Positions 37,766 to 51,419 of a stretch of DNA of 64,000 nt are shown piece after piece (within the stretch, counting starts at the first letter, position 1; every line of letters begins with the position of its first letter). Under the pieces are notes generated by a model. The model had not been told where the DNA came from and ran no database searches. It was given only the letters and a program-made list of their open reading frames with translations. Where the stretch lies: NCBI RefSeq assembly GCF_006345805.1, contig NC_043001.1:2232001-2296000 (forward strand), read 5' to 3'. Source of the DNA: Octopus sinensis. Lineage: Eukaryota. The position numbers and the translations under genes are program-made.

Positions 37766-37982
37766 TTATAAACCATTTAAAAACATACAAAAACCATTAG
37801 ATTCAATTCTACATTTAAATTTAATTTGCGTCGAATTATTTTCATCACTTTGAAACCGCACACAGAATTTTGTCAGTGAACAGGTCATGGTTTCAAGGTG
37901 ATGAAAATATTTTGACTCAAATTAAACTTAAATGTCGAAGTGAATCTAACAGTTTTTGTGTGTTTTTTTAAATGGTTTATAA
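37766..37982. mobile_element. Palindromic MITE-like element (~92-bp imperfect arms)
   Basis: 37766-37857 is reverse-complementary, with scattered mismatches, to 37889-37982; no ORF. Confidence 0.85.
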
Positions 37983-38074
37983 ACACTTTCCACGCTACAA
38001 TTGTTTTTGTTTCAGCACATGGTCTCAGCTCAAGTCACTTGTTTTGCAAGTACATCTCCGTAATATATATACAT

Positions 38075-38340
38075 CACCATCATCATCATCATCGTTTAAC
38101 GTCCGCTTTCCATGCTAGCATGGATTGGACGGTTCAACTGGGGTCTGGGAAGCCAGAAGGCTGCACCAGGCCCAGTCTGATCTGGCAGTGTTTCTACAGC
38201 TGGATGCCCTTCCTAACGCCAACCACTCCGTGAGTATAGTGGGTGCCTTTTACGTACCACCGGCACGGAGACCAGACGAAGCTGGCAACAGCCACGATCG
38301 GATGGTGCTTTTTACGTGCCACCGGCACTGGTATCACAGC
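38075..38340 (-). mobile_element. (GAT)n-tailed retroposon 3' end, CpG-retaining
   Basis: catcatcgtttaacgtccgctttccatgctagcatgg...ttttacgtaccaccggcacg. Confidence 0.9.
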
Positions 38341-38376
38341 TACAAATTCCATTGATATGGAATTCCATATAAATTC

Positions 38377-38412
<36 letters not shown>

Positions 38413-38662
38413 TATATACACACACACATATTTGTGTGTGTGTGTGTATGTGTGTATATCTTTGTTTGTCTGTGTTTGTTCCCCCACCATTGTTTGACAA
38501 CCGATGTTGGTATTTTAACATCCCCTCGGCAAAAGAGACTGAGAGAATAAGTACTAGGCTTACAAAAGATAAGTTCGAGGCTTGATTTGTTTGAATAAAT
38601 GTGGTGCTCCAGCATGGCTGCAGTCAAATGACTGAAGCAAGCAAAAGAATTATATATGCACC

Positions 38663-38714
<52 letters not shown>

Positions 38715-40121
38715 GTATATATATATATATATATATATACATGCAGACACACCACACATAAATACTTACACATATTCATTTTCATAGATTTCTTCTTTTA
38801 GGCCAAATCAATGAGGAAAGTCTAGATTGTTCCTTTCCCTTCTAGGAACCAAGATATTTCTTGAATCCAGAAGTGTGGATGTGGAGCAAGGATGTTCAGT
38901 TCGTAACCATGAAGCTATAATTCTTTAACTTGGCTGTGAATGAGTGCCAGCTGGTTGCTGGTGCAGCTGTTCACCCTCCCCCCACCTCTCTTGTTCTTTC
39001 AATCTGGATGTCTCACTGGATCAAGGTTGATGGATCCAAGAAGTTGGTGATGTCTTCTTGGAATCACAAAAGTAACTTAAATAATAAATGCAAGTTAACA
39101 AAGTGTATACACTCGTACATGACAGACTCCTGGTTATATTTTAATTTCCCAAATCAGATGTACACCCTTTAGACTTTGAGCTCCTGAGTATATGATTTTT
39201 GTGGTGGTCATGGTTGGAATGCTTTTGATCATAAATTTGCCTGATTAGGAGCGACCTGGTGTCAAAAGCACTACCAACAACATCCTTTCCTCTCCCTTAA
39301 TATGATACAACCTCATCTCTCCATGAAGCTATATTATTTCTCATCTGTCAGACAAAGTTGCTGCCAACCATAACCAGTGATTTGCTAGATTACCAACACT
39401 TGTCTCTTGTCTCAAAGATAACCGTTTATGAGACAACAGCATCATCTTATCTAATTTGTATCTAATTTACTCTGCTGTCCAATTTAGTGTTTAGGAAATA
39501 AAAACACCAACTAAAATTTCATAATATTCTTGTGTCTATAAAATTTGAAAGAAGCTTCTACATGGCTGTTCAAGATCCTAGAAATAACAAGCAAGTTCCA
39601 GTTGAATCAGATATGTCCCAGCTGAGCTCAGAAGACAGAAGTTGCTTGGGGTGTAAGTATTTCCAATTAGGAATTTCATGAATTACACTATGCTACACTT
39701 CCTTGGAGGCAGGGACAAGACCTTAGCCCTAGGGCTGTGTGGTTTGTTTATTTGAATGTCAGATAATTTTGCTTCTGAGTTGGCAGCTGTAACAGGTCAA
39801 CTATAATACACATCAATACTGCTTGTATTGATTTCTATTGATTTGGCAAACATGCAGTTTGTGGCAAAGTATTTATGTGGGAAACGTTGGGTGATATTTT
39901 AGCCAACAGCTGAGACCATTAGTGGCTGTAGTGCTCTACCCAGATGCATGATGTACACAGAATATTCCCTCTTACTCCCAGAAGAGTTATAACAAGGAAT
40001 ATAGTTCAAATATGTTCAAATTAACTGTCTCTAAAACATTATTAGGGAAGATTTCCTTAGCATACATAAATATTCCAAACATACGTCCAACCCCTGCTAG
40101 CATGGAAAACGGACGTTAAAC

Positions 40122-40163
<42 letters not shown>

Positions 40164-40359
40164 CTCCATGTGCATAATGTTACGGTTAATTACTTTTGTC
40201 ATGTCAGTATTGCTTCTATAATGGAAAAAAAAAACACACCCATGACTCCCAAAGTCCCAGATGCCTACCTGCAACACCTGAAATTAAGCCACCTGTTCAG
40301 AGAGTGATTGTCTTACCAAAGTAGTGGCTTATTGGTTGACCATTGCTCTTTTATAAAAT

Positions 40360-40690
40360 ACATGTGAAGGCATGTGGCCAAGTGATTAAGGTATTCCACC
40401 CATGATTGTAAGGCCATGAGTTCGATTCCAAGTAGCATATTGTGTCTTTGAGAAAGAGATTTTATTTCACATGGGTCCAGTCCATTCAACCGGAAAAAAA
40501 TAATCAGGATCTGCATTTCAAAGAGCTAACCATGTCCCATTCTGTATCATGCAGAATCTCCTTCAGAACTACGTTAAGGGTACACGTGTCTGTGGAGTAC
40601 TCAGCCACTTGCATGTTAAATTCAAGAGCAGGCTGTTCCATTGATTGGATCAACTGGAACACTCAATTGTCATAACTGATGGAGTGCCAG
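40360..40690 (+). mobile_element. SINE family C
   Basis: gtggccaagtgattaagg..gagttcgattcc head; core gaactacgttaagggtacacgtgtctgtggagtactcagcc. Confidence 0.85.
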
Positions 40691-40704
40691 GTTTTAATGG
40701 TATA

Positions 40705-40836
40705 CAAACCACATGGTTCTGGGTTCAGTCTCATTGCATGGCACCATGGGCAAGCGGCTTCTACTATAGCCTTGGGCTGACCAAAGCCTTGTAAATGGAT
40801 TTGGTAGACAGAAACTGAAAGAAGCCTGTTGTATAC

Positions 40837-40870
<34 letters not shown>

Positions 40871-41100
40871 ATGCATGTATGTATGTATGTATATGTTTGT
40901 GTGTGTGTTGTCCCCCCAACATTGCTTCACAACTGATGCTGGTGTGTTTATGTCCCTGTCACTTAGCGGTTTGGCAAGAGAGACTGATAGAATAAGTACT
41001 AGGCTTACAAAGAATAAGTCCTGGGGTTGACTTGCTCGACTAAATGCAGTGCTCCAGCATGGCCACAGTCAAATAACTGAAACAAATAAAAGAATATAAG
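40705..41100 (+). mobile_element. SINE family A, 5'-truncated
   Basis: accacatggttctgggttcagtc through cagcatggccacagtcaaataactgaaacaaataaaag. Confidence 0.92.
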
Positions 41101-41108
41101 AATTCTTG

Positions 41109-41153
<45 letters not shown>

Positions 41154-41519
41154 ATACCCATCCACACACCCACACAAAACTCATGAATGAAGCACTTTGT
41201 CCTTAGCCAAATGATAGCGCAGGGTATGCATGTCTTCAGCCTTCACCAACAGTAGTAACAAGACAACTAATTTGTCAGCATCTGGCTTCATCAAAATGCT
41301 AAAAAGTAATTATCTCTTGTGTTTATGCTGACAGGCTGAGACTTGAAATCACGTGATAACAGCTGCATTACATGCAAAATTGTGCACGAGTGAGAAAAAC
41401 TTGAAGAGTTAACGGCCAGATTTCAAAAGGTGCAACAAGTATTAAAAATGCAATCGAGAATTTCAAAGATTCAACAAGAATATTATCAACTTTGCGTATT
41501 AAATTTAGTAGGGAATTTT

Positions 41520-41743
41520 AAAGAATTGAGAATTTAAACTGACCAAATCAGGCCAAGTATTTCATGTTTTATATTCAAACTTGCCAGATCTAGTCTATCA
41601 CATCTTTTCTACAATTACATTCTGAAAATGAACAATCACATCGTCAAAATCTCAAAGCTATGAGATAATGCATGATTAGTTCAAAACAGTGTGAATGAAT
41701 ATGCATTACATCCGACAGAGGAATCAAAATGGTAAAGAGTTAA
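41520..41743. mobile_element. Possible TTAA-type (piggyBac-like) MITE relic
   Basis: Ends ..ggtaaagagTTAA. The body resembles a repeat I recall from octopus DNA (not verified); the left end is decayed. Confidence 0.3.
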
Positions 41744-42079
41744 AGAATTTAAAATTTCTGTAGCTGAGTACTAGACACAGACATTTCATCACTGAGGAGA
41801 TGAAATTAAGTTGAAACCTTGTGTCTTGTGATTTATCGACATTCTGTGCAAGCCCTGTGTTTTAACATACAGGTCTCTTTAACATTCCTATAAAGCAAGT
41901 TTTTACAGCTAATGCCTTCCTGCATTTGTATACAATTATTATATGTTATATACACCTATAACTTTAATCTAATGTTGTTTAAAGGGCAGATATTACCTTA
42001 ATTCTGGCTGGGCTTGAGTTCTCAGAAATAAGTAAATGTTTTGTTTACTATATCTATATCAAAACAAGCATTTTTTCAG

Positions 42080-42169
42080 CTTAGCCCAGAATGTCTGGGA
42101 TGTTTACCATTCAGGAGACCAAATTACATCGGAGCACCAATGTCTGGTCATCAACCGATTACATTCTGA
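42080..42169 (+). CDS. Candidate internal exon, 90 bp, phase 2-2, unknown protein
   Basis: ttttttcag| ... |gtgagc; open frame LAQNVWDVYHSGDQITSEHQCLVINRLHS(E); no recognisable homology. Confidence 0.22.
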   Translation, partial: LSPECLGCLPFRRPNYIGAPMSGHQPITF

Positions 42170-42744
42170 GTGAGCCGTGCATTTGTAACAAAAGTCTCTT
42201 TTAGAAGTTTTTCTGAGTCAACATATTACAGCTGGTGACATTCCATTCTTGCATATACATTATAAATACTATACACATTCGTATTTTAATCTGAAGCTGC
42301 TTCAAGTGCATATATTAATAAAGTAATATGTTTGTAGTGAATTAAAACAGATCTGGTTATACACACTTGAAGATAAGTATACATTTTATATACATATTTA
42401 TCATTCTTGGTTGGAACATTTTGTTTCAAGCAATGAGACAGTGCAACACACATATATGTATCTGCCTTCAGCCTTCTTCAAATGTAATGATGCAGTTAAT
42501 TTTCTAGTACTTTCTGCTCGTTATATAAACAGGCTTTGGTGGAATTAAAATGAATAATCTCTTTTGGTATTTATAAAAGAAAACTGAAACTTGGAATCAT
42601 ACATTTCCTGCAACATTCGGTGTAGAATTATACTCAAGAGAGCAGAACTTACTGACTGAATAATGAAATAAAAATGTGTTTGAAATATTAGTGATATAAA
42701 AATACTGTCTTATAGCTTAAGATATAGTGTACTAGCGTATATTC

Positions 42745-42955
42745 TTTTCTACTCTACGCACATGGCCTGAAATTTTTGTGGAGGGGGCCAGGTGATTAGA
42801 TCGACTCTAGTATGCAATTGGTACTTCATTTATCGACCCCGAAAGGATGAAAAGCAAAGTTGATCTTGACTGAATTTGAACTCAGAACATAAAGACAGAC
42901 AAAATACCACTAAGCATTTTGCCCGAGATACTAATGCTTCTACTAGCTCACCGTC
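42745..42955 (-). mobile_element. SINE family B
   Basis: ggcctgaaatttttgtggagggggccag..atcgaccccgaaaggatgaaa..gctcaccg. Confidence 0.88.
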
Positions 42956-43094
42956 TTTATACTAGCATATATTATTTGTTTTTAAGATGGCTGGGTGCTA
43001 CTTAGTGTACATTTAGCTACTATTTCAAGCAGTTCAAATGCTCACATAAAGACAATGTACTTGGCATTTCCTTGTGCTATTATTGAGAATGGTG

Positions 43095-44060
43095 ATGCTG
43101 TTGTGAAGCTCCAAATCCATTGTAAAAGAGCAGACATGTTCTCATAAGCATTCTGTTTGTGACAGTCTTCTTTTTTTTGTTTTTGACACAGTGTATCTTG
43201 GACTACATAATCTCATATGTCTTACCTTTGTTTGAGATTGAGTTGTGAAGGCCATGGAGAGAGTCATTGCCCAATTGGTCTGTGATAGAGTAGACTTTGA
43301 TGGTAAGCAGTTTAGCTTCGTCCTTGGAAGAAGTGTCGCTGATGCATTCTTCGTAATGAAGCAATGACAGGAGAAATAAGAAACCCCTGGCTGAGAATAA
43401 ATAAAGAAGACTAAACCGGAATATCTGGGTTTTGGTTGATTTGGAGAAAGCATTTGACGGGATAACACATTTGGTAATCTGGTGGACACTGAGGAAATTA
43501 AGGATCAGATGAACGGTCTGTGTGGGTGGTTCAAACTATGAACAAGTAAAAGTGAGAAATGGCAATGGGTTCAGCGATGAATTTCATGTGAAGGTAGGAG
43601 TTCACCAAGTGCAGTCCTTTCCTATTCATCATAATCTTACAGACCATCACAAAGGTGTTTAAGGCTGGCTATCAATGGGAACTCCTTTATCCTAGCAAAT
43701 TAGTTCTCATAATTGAATCCATAGTGGAATTAGAGAAGAAATTCCAGGCATGGAGGCTAAACCTAGAATTGAGAGGCCTTAACATAAATGCAGCCAAGAC
43801 AGGAGTTATAATAAGTAGGAAAGAAGACAGGACCCTGGTAACTTTGGGGAAGACAGGACCCTGGTACCTTTGGGGAAATGCGCTTGATCAGTATGTAGAA
43901 ATGGAGTAGACATAAATTGATGTAAGCTAGGAAGACAGGAGAGACAAAGTGGAATCACTTGCAGATTATTAAAAAATATAAGCTTTATATGCAGCAGAGC
44001 AGTTTGTATGAGCACCTAAGAAATTGGGTTTCTTAACTACCCACACAGCTCATCAGAAGT
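43095..44060 (+). mobile_element. RTE LINE RT region (decayed)
   Basis: QFSFVLGRSVADAFFVMKQ*QEK, VDLEKAFDGI, VGVHQ..LFIIILQTI and WELLYPSKLV..ELEKKFQAWRLNLELRGLNINAAKT. Confidence 0.88.
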
Positions 44061-44623
44061 AGTTGGTAGCTTTCATTAGTTGGTAGATGTAATTAGCGAG
44101 GGTTGGTGGTGGTGGTGGTGGTTGCTCTGGAAGTATAGTTACTAGATTGAGAACTGATTGATCAAAGTTCTGGGAGCCTTGGCCCCTGCAACAGATCCTG
44201 TTAAGCATTGTACTTTGCAGGTTTCCATCCCCAAATAAAAGATATTTTTGTCATAGACACACAACAAGGGATTTTGAGAATTTACAAAGTTAATGGAGGA
44301 CAGGGAATCTTGGTAACGCAAAGTGAAATGCATCTCAGTTGCAGCTGCTTCAAACAACAAGAAAATGATCAAAATAAATAAGTTTGGTGAAGAATATAGG
44401 AACTTTGGTGAAGATTTGATTTATCTAAACTGATGACATCAAGCTCTATAGGCCTGCTGAGAGCAAGCTGTATAGCAGGCTGTAATTACCTGAGACTAAG
44501 ACATTTATGTTTAAAGCTCATGTAAAGGGGAAAAAAGAATCCTCTGGAATTACTATTTTAGTATATGCTCATGAAAGAGGAAGAAACAAAATAAAAATGT
44601 AAACATTTATTTATGTCTCAGCT

Positions 44624-45112
44624 CTGAAGAGACAAAATCACTCTGAAACACTGTGTCTGGCAGTCCACTGACATCACTTGGACCTCAATGTGTTTTTATG
44701 ACCAATATTCCATAGAAAGAATTATCTTTCGATTAGACACAACCTGGCAGAAAACTCCTTCCATATTCTAGTGTACAGACACAATAAGGTAAACATGTTT
44801 ATTTTGATCCTTGTTGCATTGTATGTTACTTCCAAATTAATTGCAACCTGGAAAGTTTCAGAACACCAGCAAATCTATTGTTTGCTCTTCTCTACATAGA
44901 GGAACAGAAGTTCTGTCTTAGTTCCAAATGACTGAGAACATATCTGTTACTGAAGAGTGAAACTCACACTGAAACTTGGTACCTGGTCGTCTGCTGATAT
45001 CACTTGGAGCTCGGTATAATAATTTTTATGCTCAAAGTCTAGAGAAAGAAAATCTCTCTCTTTTTTCAAGACGAAGTCCTGTACCCAATGTCTTTTATGT
45101 TCTGCTGTACAG
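44624..45112 (+). repeat. Two diverged tandem units (44624-44778, 44950-45112), each starting with a hammerhead-like core
   Basis: Conserved blocks CTGAAGAG-13nt-GAAAC and CTGA(C/T)ATCACTTGGA(C/G)CTC; unit A reads GAAACAC-T-GTGTC (palindromic stem III, GUC triplet). Confidence 0.65.
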
Positions 45113-46660
45113 GAGTGTGTTAAAAACAAATCTCTACGTCCTTATTTTAGTTTATATTCATTTAAAACAGATGCTATTTAAAAACTGTTGTCTTTCGCAA
45201 CAATCAGTTACTTAACAATTGTAAACCCTTCACAACAACGTCTATTTCACTGTTGGATGTCTTTCAAAACATCATTTAGCCTGAATGCTGTGTCTTGCAT
45301 TAATTTTCCACAACAACAACAGCAACAAAAAACGACTGTGAGAAATTGATTATTATTGTCTGGCAGCAGAATACAATACCAAGTTGGCATATGTTTAAAT
45401 AAGCATATCAACAACGTATCTTTAATAAAATATTGGAATTAAAATTTTGAATATAAAGAATCTAATTACGACAAACCATTTCCACTCGAAGAATATTTTA
45501 GAAGAGAGAAACAACAAAACCAAAGCAAAAACAAACAAAAGAAAAATGAAAGAATTGATTTATACTTTCTACAAATATTTATGATTGCTCATTATATAAA
45601 ATTCCTGATTTCTAGCCTAGTTGTCTCAAACAAATGGAGAACTAATTAAATTCTTGTGTTGAACTGTCTTTTCATTTCACACTATAGCAATATGCTGTAG
45701 TATGGGGGAACATCAAAAGTACTGATTGAAATGGTATTATGAAAATACTCAACCACTGAGTCTCCATTCTGCTGGAGTGCACAAAAGCACATTGTCTCAA
45801 CAAGTGACAACTCGTTAGGTAAATATTTTGTTTGATATTTTGTGATTGTTTTACTTTTGTAACCACTGGTAAATTGTTCTCACAGAATCTTAGATTTGCA
45901 TATTGCTGTCGTGGGGATTCGAAACTGAATCCCAGGCTAACTGGTCTGACATCGTGAGTGTTTCAAGGGCTCAGTCTATTAAGCTACCAATTGGTGCTAA
46001 GCCATCAAATTATTCAACCTTCTAAACTCTTCTTCTTCTTGTGCATTGTAAAAGGCCTTTTCTGGCAGTAATTTGTTGTAGAAAGCTGAGGCAGCCAAGT
46101 GAGATGTGTCTCCAATCATGCCACACTGGATGGCCCATACATGCAGCTCAAACAGTTGACAAAGGACCTCTGTCCCAACGAATATAGCTCAGTTGTTTCC
46201 AGTTATATTGGGCAAACTGCATGTGCCAATAGCTTGCCATAAGCTCCAATCTTCCATGGAAACATTTCTGGTTATGGAGATATATTTACTCATTTGGAAA
46301 ACACACACACACACACATACACACACACACACACACACGCACACACACACACACACACACACCCAGTCTCACACATGAAGGGTAGCAGAAATGTTGATTA
46401 ACAACAACAAAATCTGCTGCTGCTGCTGCTGCTACAGCTACCACCACCACCACCACCACCACCACCACCACCACCACTGGATAATGTATTTCCTAGAGAG
46501 ACAAAATGATTGGATGGCCAAAGCTGGAATGCTTTTGATCATAAGTCTGTTCAATCAGTCAGAGCTGTCTCAGGGTTAAACATCAGCAACAACACTTAGA
46601 ACATTTTACTGGTGTCTGTCTTTACAACTGTTTCGTAACTGATTTGTGGAGGAGATTTTC

Positions 46661-47034
46661 AACAACAATAACAGTAACAACAACAACAGCAGCAGCAACA
46701 ACAACAACAACAAATAACGACGATAACAGCAACAACAACAACAGCAGCCATCCAAGAATTTGGACCTGGAGATTTCCATTTCCAGCGACTTCGAGGACCA
46801 CCTCCCAGTGGTGTCGGGCATCAACGAAGAGCCCTCGACTACAACAAGACGACCAAAGTTTTTTCTTTTTTTCCAAGGTATGGGGTCTCCCGCCCCTAAG
46901 CCCTAGACCATCACCTAATCACCCTTACCCGTCTTGTTGCTTAACAACAACAACAACAACAGCAACAAAAACAACAACAACAACAACAATAACAGTAACA
47001 ACAACAGCAGCAGCAGCAACAACAACAACAAAAA
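46661..47034. other. CpG-rich structured ~200-bp insert bracketed by ~50-bp direct repeats of a compound (CAA/CAG) microsatellite
   Basis: aacaacaataacagtaacaacaac..agcagcagcaacaacaacaac at about 46661-46714 and 46982-47034; 10-bp inverted repeat at 46842-46851 / 46930-46939. Confidence 0.6.
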
Positions 47035-47669
47035 CAACGGCACCAATAAACTTTTGTAATCTGTAGCTTTGGTAGTGTGTCATCGTTATCTTCGTCATTA
47101 GCCTCCTCATCCTGTAGCGTCCATTTTCCGTGCTGGCATGGGTGGAAGCCAAGTGTGTCCCTGCATACGTTCCAAGCATGTGCATCAGTATTCCAAATGC
47201 CTTGCCATGTAAAAAGCTATGATAATGAAGCAGAAAATGGAAACTAGATGCTTGGATATTCCTTTTAAGAGAGAGACATTATTATTCCAAGAACCGGAAT
47301 AGAAAATTTTATAAACATTATTCTACTCATTACACAAGAAATGTACTGAAAATACATTTTAACTCTCCAAGAACAGAGATATTTCTGAAAAATTTATGGT
47401 TTTATTACTCAAAGCGAAAAAACTGAAGATACACTGATGTATCTAGGTTTCCATGTATACATCTATACATGTGTGCATATATGCATGCATGCATGTATGT
47501 ACGTATGTATGTGTGCATGTGTGTATGTGTGCATGTGTGTATGTATGCATGTTGTATCTATATGAGTATGTGTAGCTATTGTAGTAGCTGTTGTTCCTAT
47601 AATCATTCTCATTGTTGCTGTTATTATTATCATTATTATTATTATCATTATTAATATTATCATTATTAA

Positions 47670-47706
<37 letters not shown>

Positions 47707-47870
47707 TTATAGGTCACCGTAAGTTTATGTTAACTGAAAAGCATTATATTTTGCTTTCAGATTTTCACTATAAATTTTCTCTAGTTCGTATCAGACACAC
47801 ATATATATGTATGCATGTACACACACACACACACACACTCAGACATTTACATACATACATACATACATAC

Positions 47871-47987
<117 letters not shown>

Positions 47988-48026
47988 CATCTATATATAT
48001 ATGGATACACATACTGACATACACAA

Positions 48027-48057
<31 letters not shown>

Positions 48058-48564
48058 CATGCATTCACAAACACACATGTATACATACGTGAGTGTTTGT
48101 GTGCATGCATGCACATAAAACACTGCAACACAGTAGAAGAAATATTAAAAATAAATAAGAAAAAAAAATGAACTCCTCACCAGAAAACATTTATTTTTAT
48201 TCCAAAATTCGGGTGAAAATACGTTTTACAAAAGAGTTATAAGTAGAGGACATGTTGTTTGCGTTTATTGCGGATTCAATTTCTGAATAAACCAGCGATA
48301 AACCTGTGTGCGGCTGGTAAATGAAGAGAGGGACGCTGTAAAGGGGTCGCCTGGATTAGGTTTGGAAGTTACTCCTGTCTTGAATTAATTTTAGTAGATT
48401 CCCATGTGTGTGTGTGTGTATGACGAAAGTAGGGTCAGATTGAGAATGATGCAGTGACTGGTAGTAGTAGTAGTAGTAATAGTGGTGTGGTGGTGGTAGT
48501 GGTGGTGGTGGTAGTAGTAGTAGTAGTGGAAGTGGTGGTGGTGGTGGTGGTAGTAGTAGAAGTG

Positions 48565-48604
<40 letters not shown>

Positions 48605-48838
48605 CTAGATGAATCACTACAAGATGGCCTTTATTGGAGCTAAAATAAGTGTAAGGACATGAAATTTGGGTGGCATATCGACTTACACACAACCTTCTTC
48701 TCTTCTCTCATTAATCATAACATCACCATCATCATCATCATCATCATCATGATGATTATCATCATTGTCTTTGTCGTTGTCACCACCATCGTAATCATCA
48801 TCATCACCACCACCATCATCATCATCATCACGACAACC

Positions 48839-48869
<31 letters not shown>

Positions 48870-49099
48870 CGACAACCACCACCACCACCACCATCATCCT
48901 CATCATAATCATCATCGTCATCATCATCACCACCACCATCACTACCACTACCACCACCACCATCATCATCATTGTCGTCTTCCTACAGTCGTAGCCAAGT
49001 ATCATCTCTATCGTAAGACGTCTACCTCTGTCCCTCTATTATAGTCTAATGTCTCATGTGACCCGCAACCACTTTGCTTGGTTCCAATTCCTCTCTCAA

Positions 49100-49290
49100 C
49101 TAAGAGGTGCTGGTGCCACATAAAAGACATCCAGTACAATCTGTAAACTGGTTGGTGTTAGGAAGGGCATGCAGCCATAGAACACATGCCAGAGCAGACA
49201 ATGAAGCCGGTCACAGCTCTCCATCCTTGCCAAACTGTCCAACCCAAGCCAGCATGGAAAATGGACATTAAATGATGATGATGATGGTCC
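49100..49290 (+). mobile_element. (GAT)n-tailed retroposon 3' end
   Basis: ggtgccacataaaagac..ggtgttaggaagggcatgcagcc..catggaaaatggacattaaatgatgatg. Confidence 0.85.
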
Positions 49291-49818
49291 TCATGACTAT
49301 TATCACTGTCATCATTATCATCCTCATCATCATCATTGTTGAAATGTCGTGATCATTACTATCATAATTATCACCATTTTAATTATTCACTTTGCCCTGA
49401 TTTCAAAGCTTTGACTGAAATTCATTGACACACACTTACAATGGTTGGATGCCTTTCCGATCACCAACCTTTACCTCTATCCAAGCAAGGTATTATTTCC
49501 CCATGAACAAATGTGTTTTTCATGGAAGACTGGAAATGATTAACCCTTTATGAAACTCGTGTGCAACCATCATTGATGTCATAAAGCAGTTAGGACCACC
49601 GGAAAGATGGATGCACATTGGATGTGTGTTAGGCCCACCTGAAAAACAGAAACACACATCTAATACAAAGGACATTAAAAGCACGCAAGTATGCATACAT
49701 GCAGATGAATATAACACACACCTATATATGGAGAGTTTACGAAAAAAACAAAAGACGAAGACAGGTGGTGTACAAAACAAACAGATGTATTAGTATAACG
49801 CTCAGGAATACAAAACGT

Positions 49819-49854
49819 CTTTTACGTTTCGATCCTATGCTCTTCTACAGAAAG
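49819..49854 (-). ncRNA. Minimal hammerhead variant (A6U) within a PLE LTR-like unit (~49700-49930)
   Basis: CUUU CUGUAGA A GAGC AUAG GAUC GAAA CG UA AAAG; stem I is CUUU/AAAG and stem II has one mismatch. Confidence 0.6.
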
Positions 49855-50356
49855 GGACACAGAAAAAAACAAGGAGAGGAAAAGAAGGAGAGAAAAAAAT
49901 GTGTGTAGTGGCTACCGATCTATCATGGCAACATGCACACACATATATACATATATACACACACATTTATATACATACACTTACATGTTGATATATACAC
50001 ACCTACATCTAACTACAATGTGTGTCCCAGCTTTTTTATACACACACAAACACACATCTTTCCATCCAACTTAATGTGGTTATCTTGTTAGTACACCAAG
50101 AACTGTGTTATTAACCTTGAGAGATTCTCTGACATGGGCGCTTGGTACATAAAAAGCACACGCACACACACACACATAGACCATAGCAGACGAATATCCT
50201 CCAGCATGGGCGCTGGAATCCCCATGGGATTTCATTCAGTCACCGTATGTCAGTCTCACATCTTACTGCTACAATATATAAAATAGCAGCATCCTTACAG
50301 ACACTAATGCTGCAAATAATCAGCAGACATAAGCATGTATGCATGCATGTATGTAT

Positions 50357-51110
<754 letters not shown>

Positions 51111-51145
51111 CTTAGGAATGAGAATCCGGGTTCGAAATTTCCCCA

Positions 51146-51192
51146 AGAAACCTGATGAAGGCTAGAGGGTATATGAGCCGAAACGTTGTGCT
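51146..51192 (+). ncRNA. Minimal type I hammerhead (PLE type) in a ~160-bp unit (51110-51270)
   Basis: GAAAC CTGATGA A GGCT AGAGGGTATATG AGCC GAAA CG TT GTGCT; core and stem II are intact, stem I has two mismatches. Confidence 0.8.
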
Positions 51193-51419
51193 AACAACAA
51201 ACAAGATGAGGACAAATATCCGTCAAATGTGAATAATGTACATAATTCCTCATCCCTTAAATATAGAACTGCATCCTTAGCTAAGGCAAACATTTTTGTT
51301 CTGATACAGAAATTTACTAATTCATGCAAAAGTTAACCAGGTTACAATTAAATACACACCTGAAATAGTTTCAGATTAAAATCGCAGGATGTCTGATATT
51401 TATAGTTTTTATACTAATA

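Noticed and set aside
44624-45112. snoRNA (C/D or H/ACA) interpretation of the tandem units
   Set aside because: There is no canonical C box and no convincing two-hairpin fold shared by both copies.
44947-45129. Minus-strand ORF LDFEHKNYYTELQVISADDQVPSFS looked cadherin-like and has AG/GT borders
   Set aside because: The paralogous unit at 44624 has stops in that frame and no acceptor, and the DxNDN motif is absent. The shared blocks are better explained by hammerhead core nucleotides on the plus strand.
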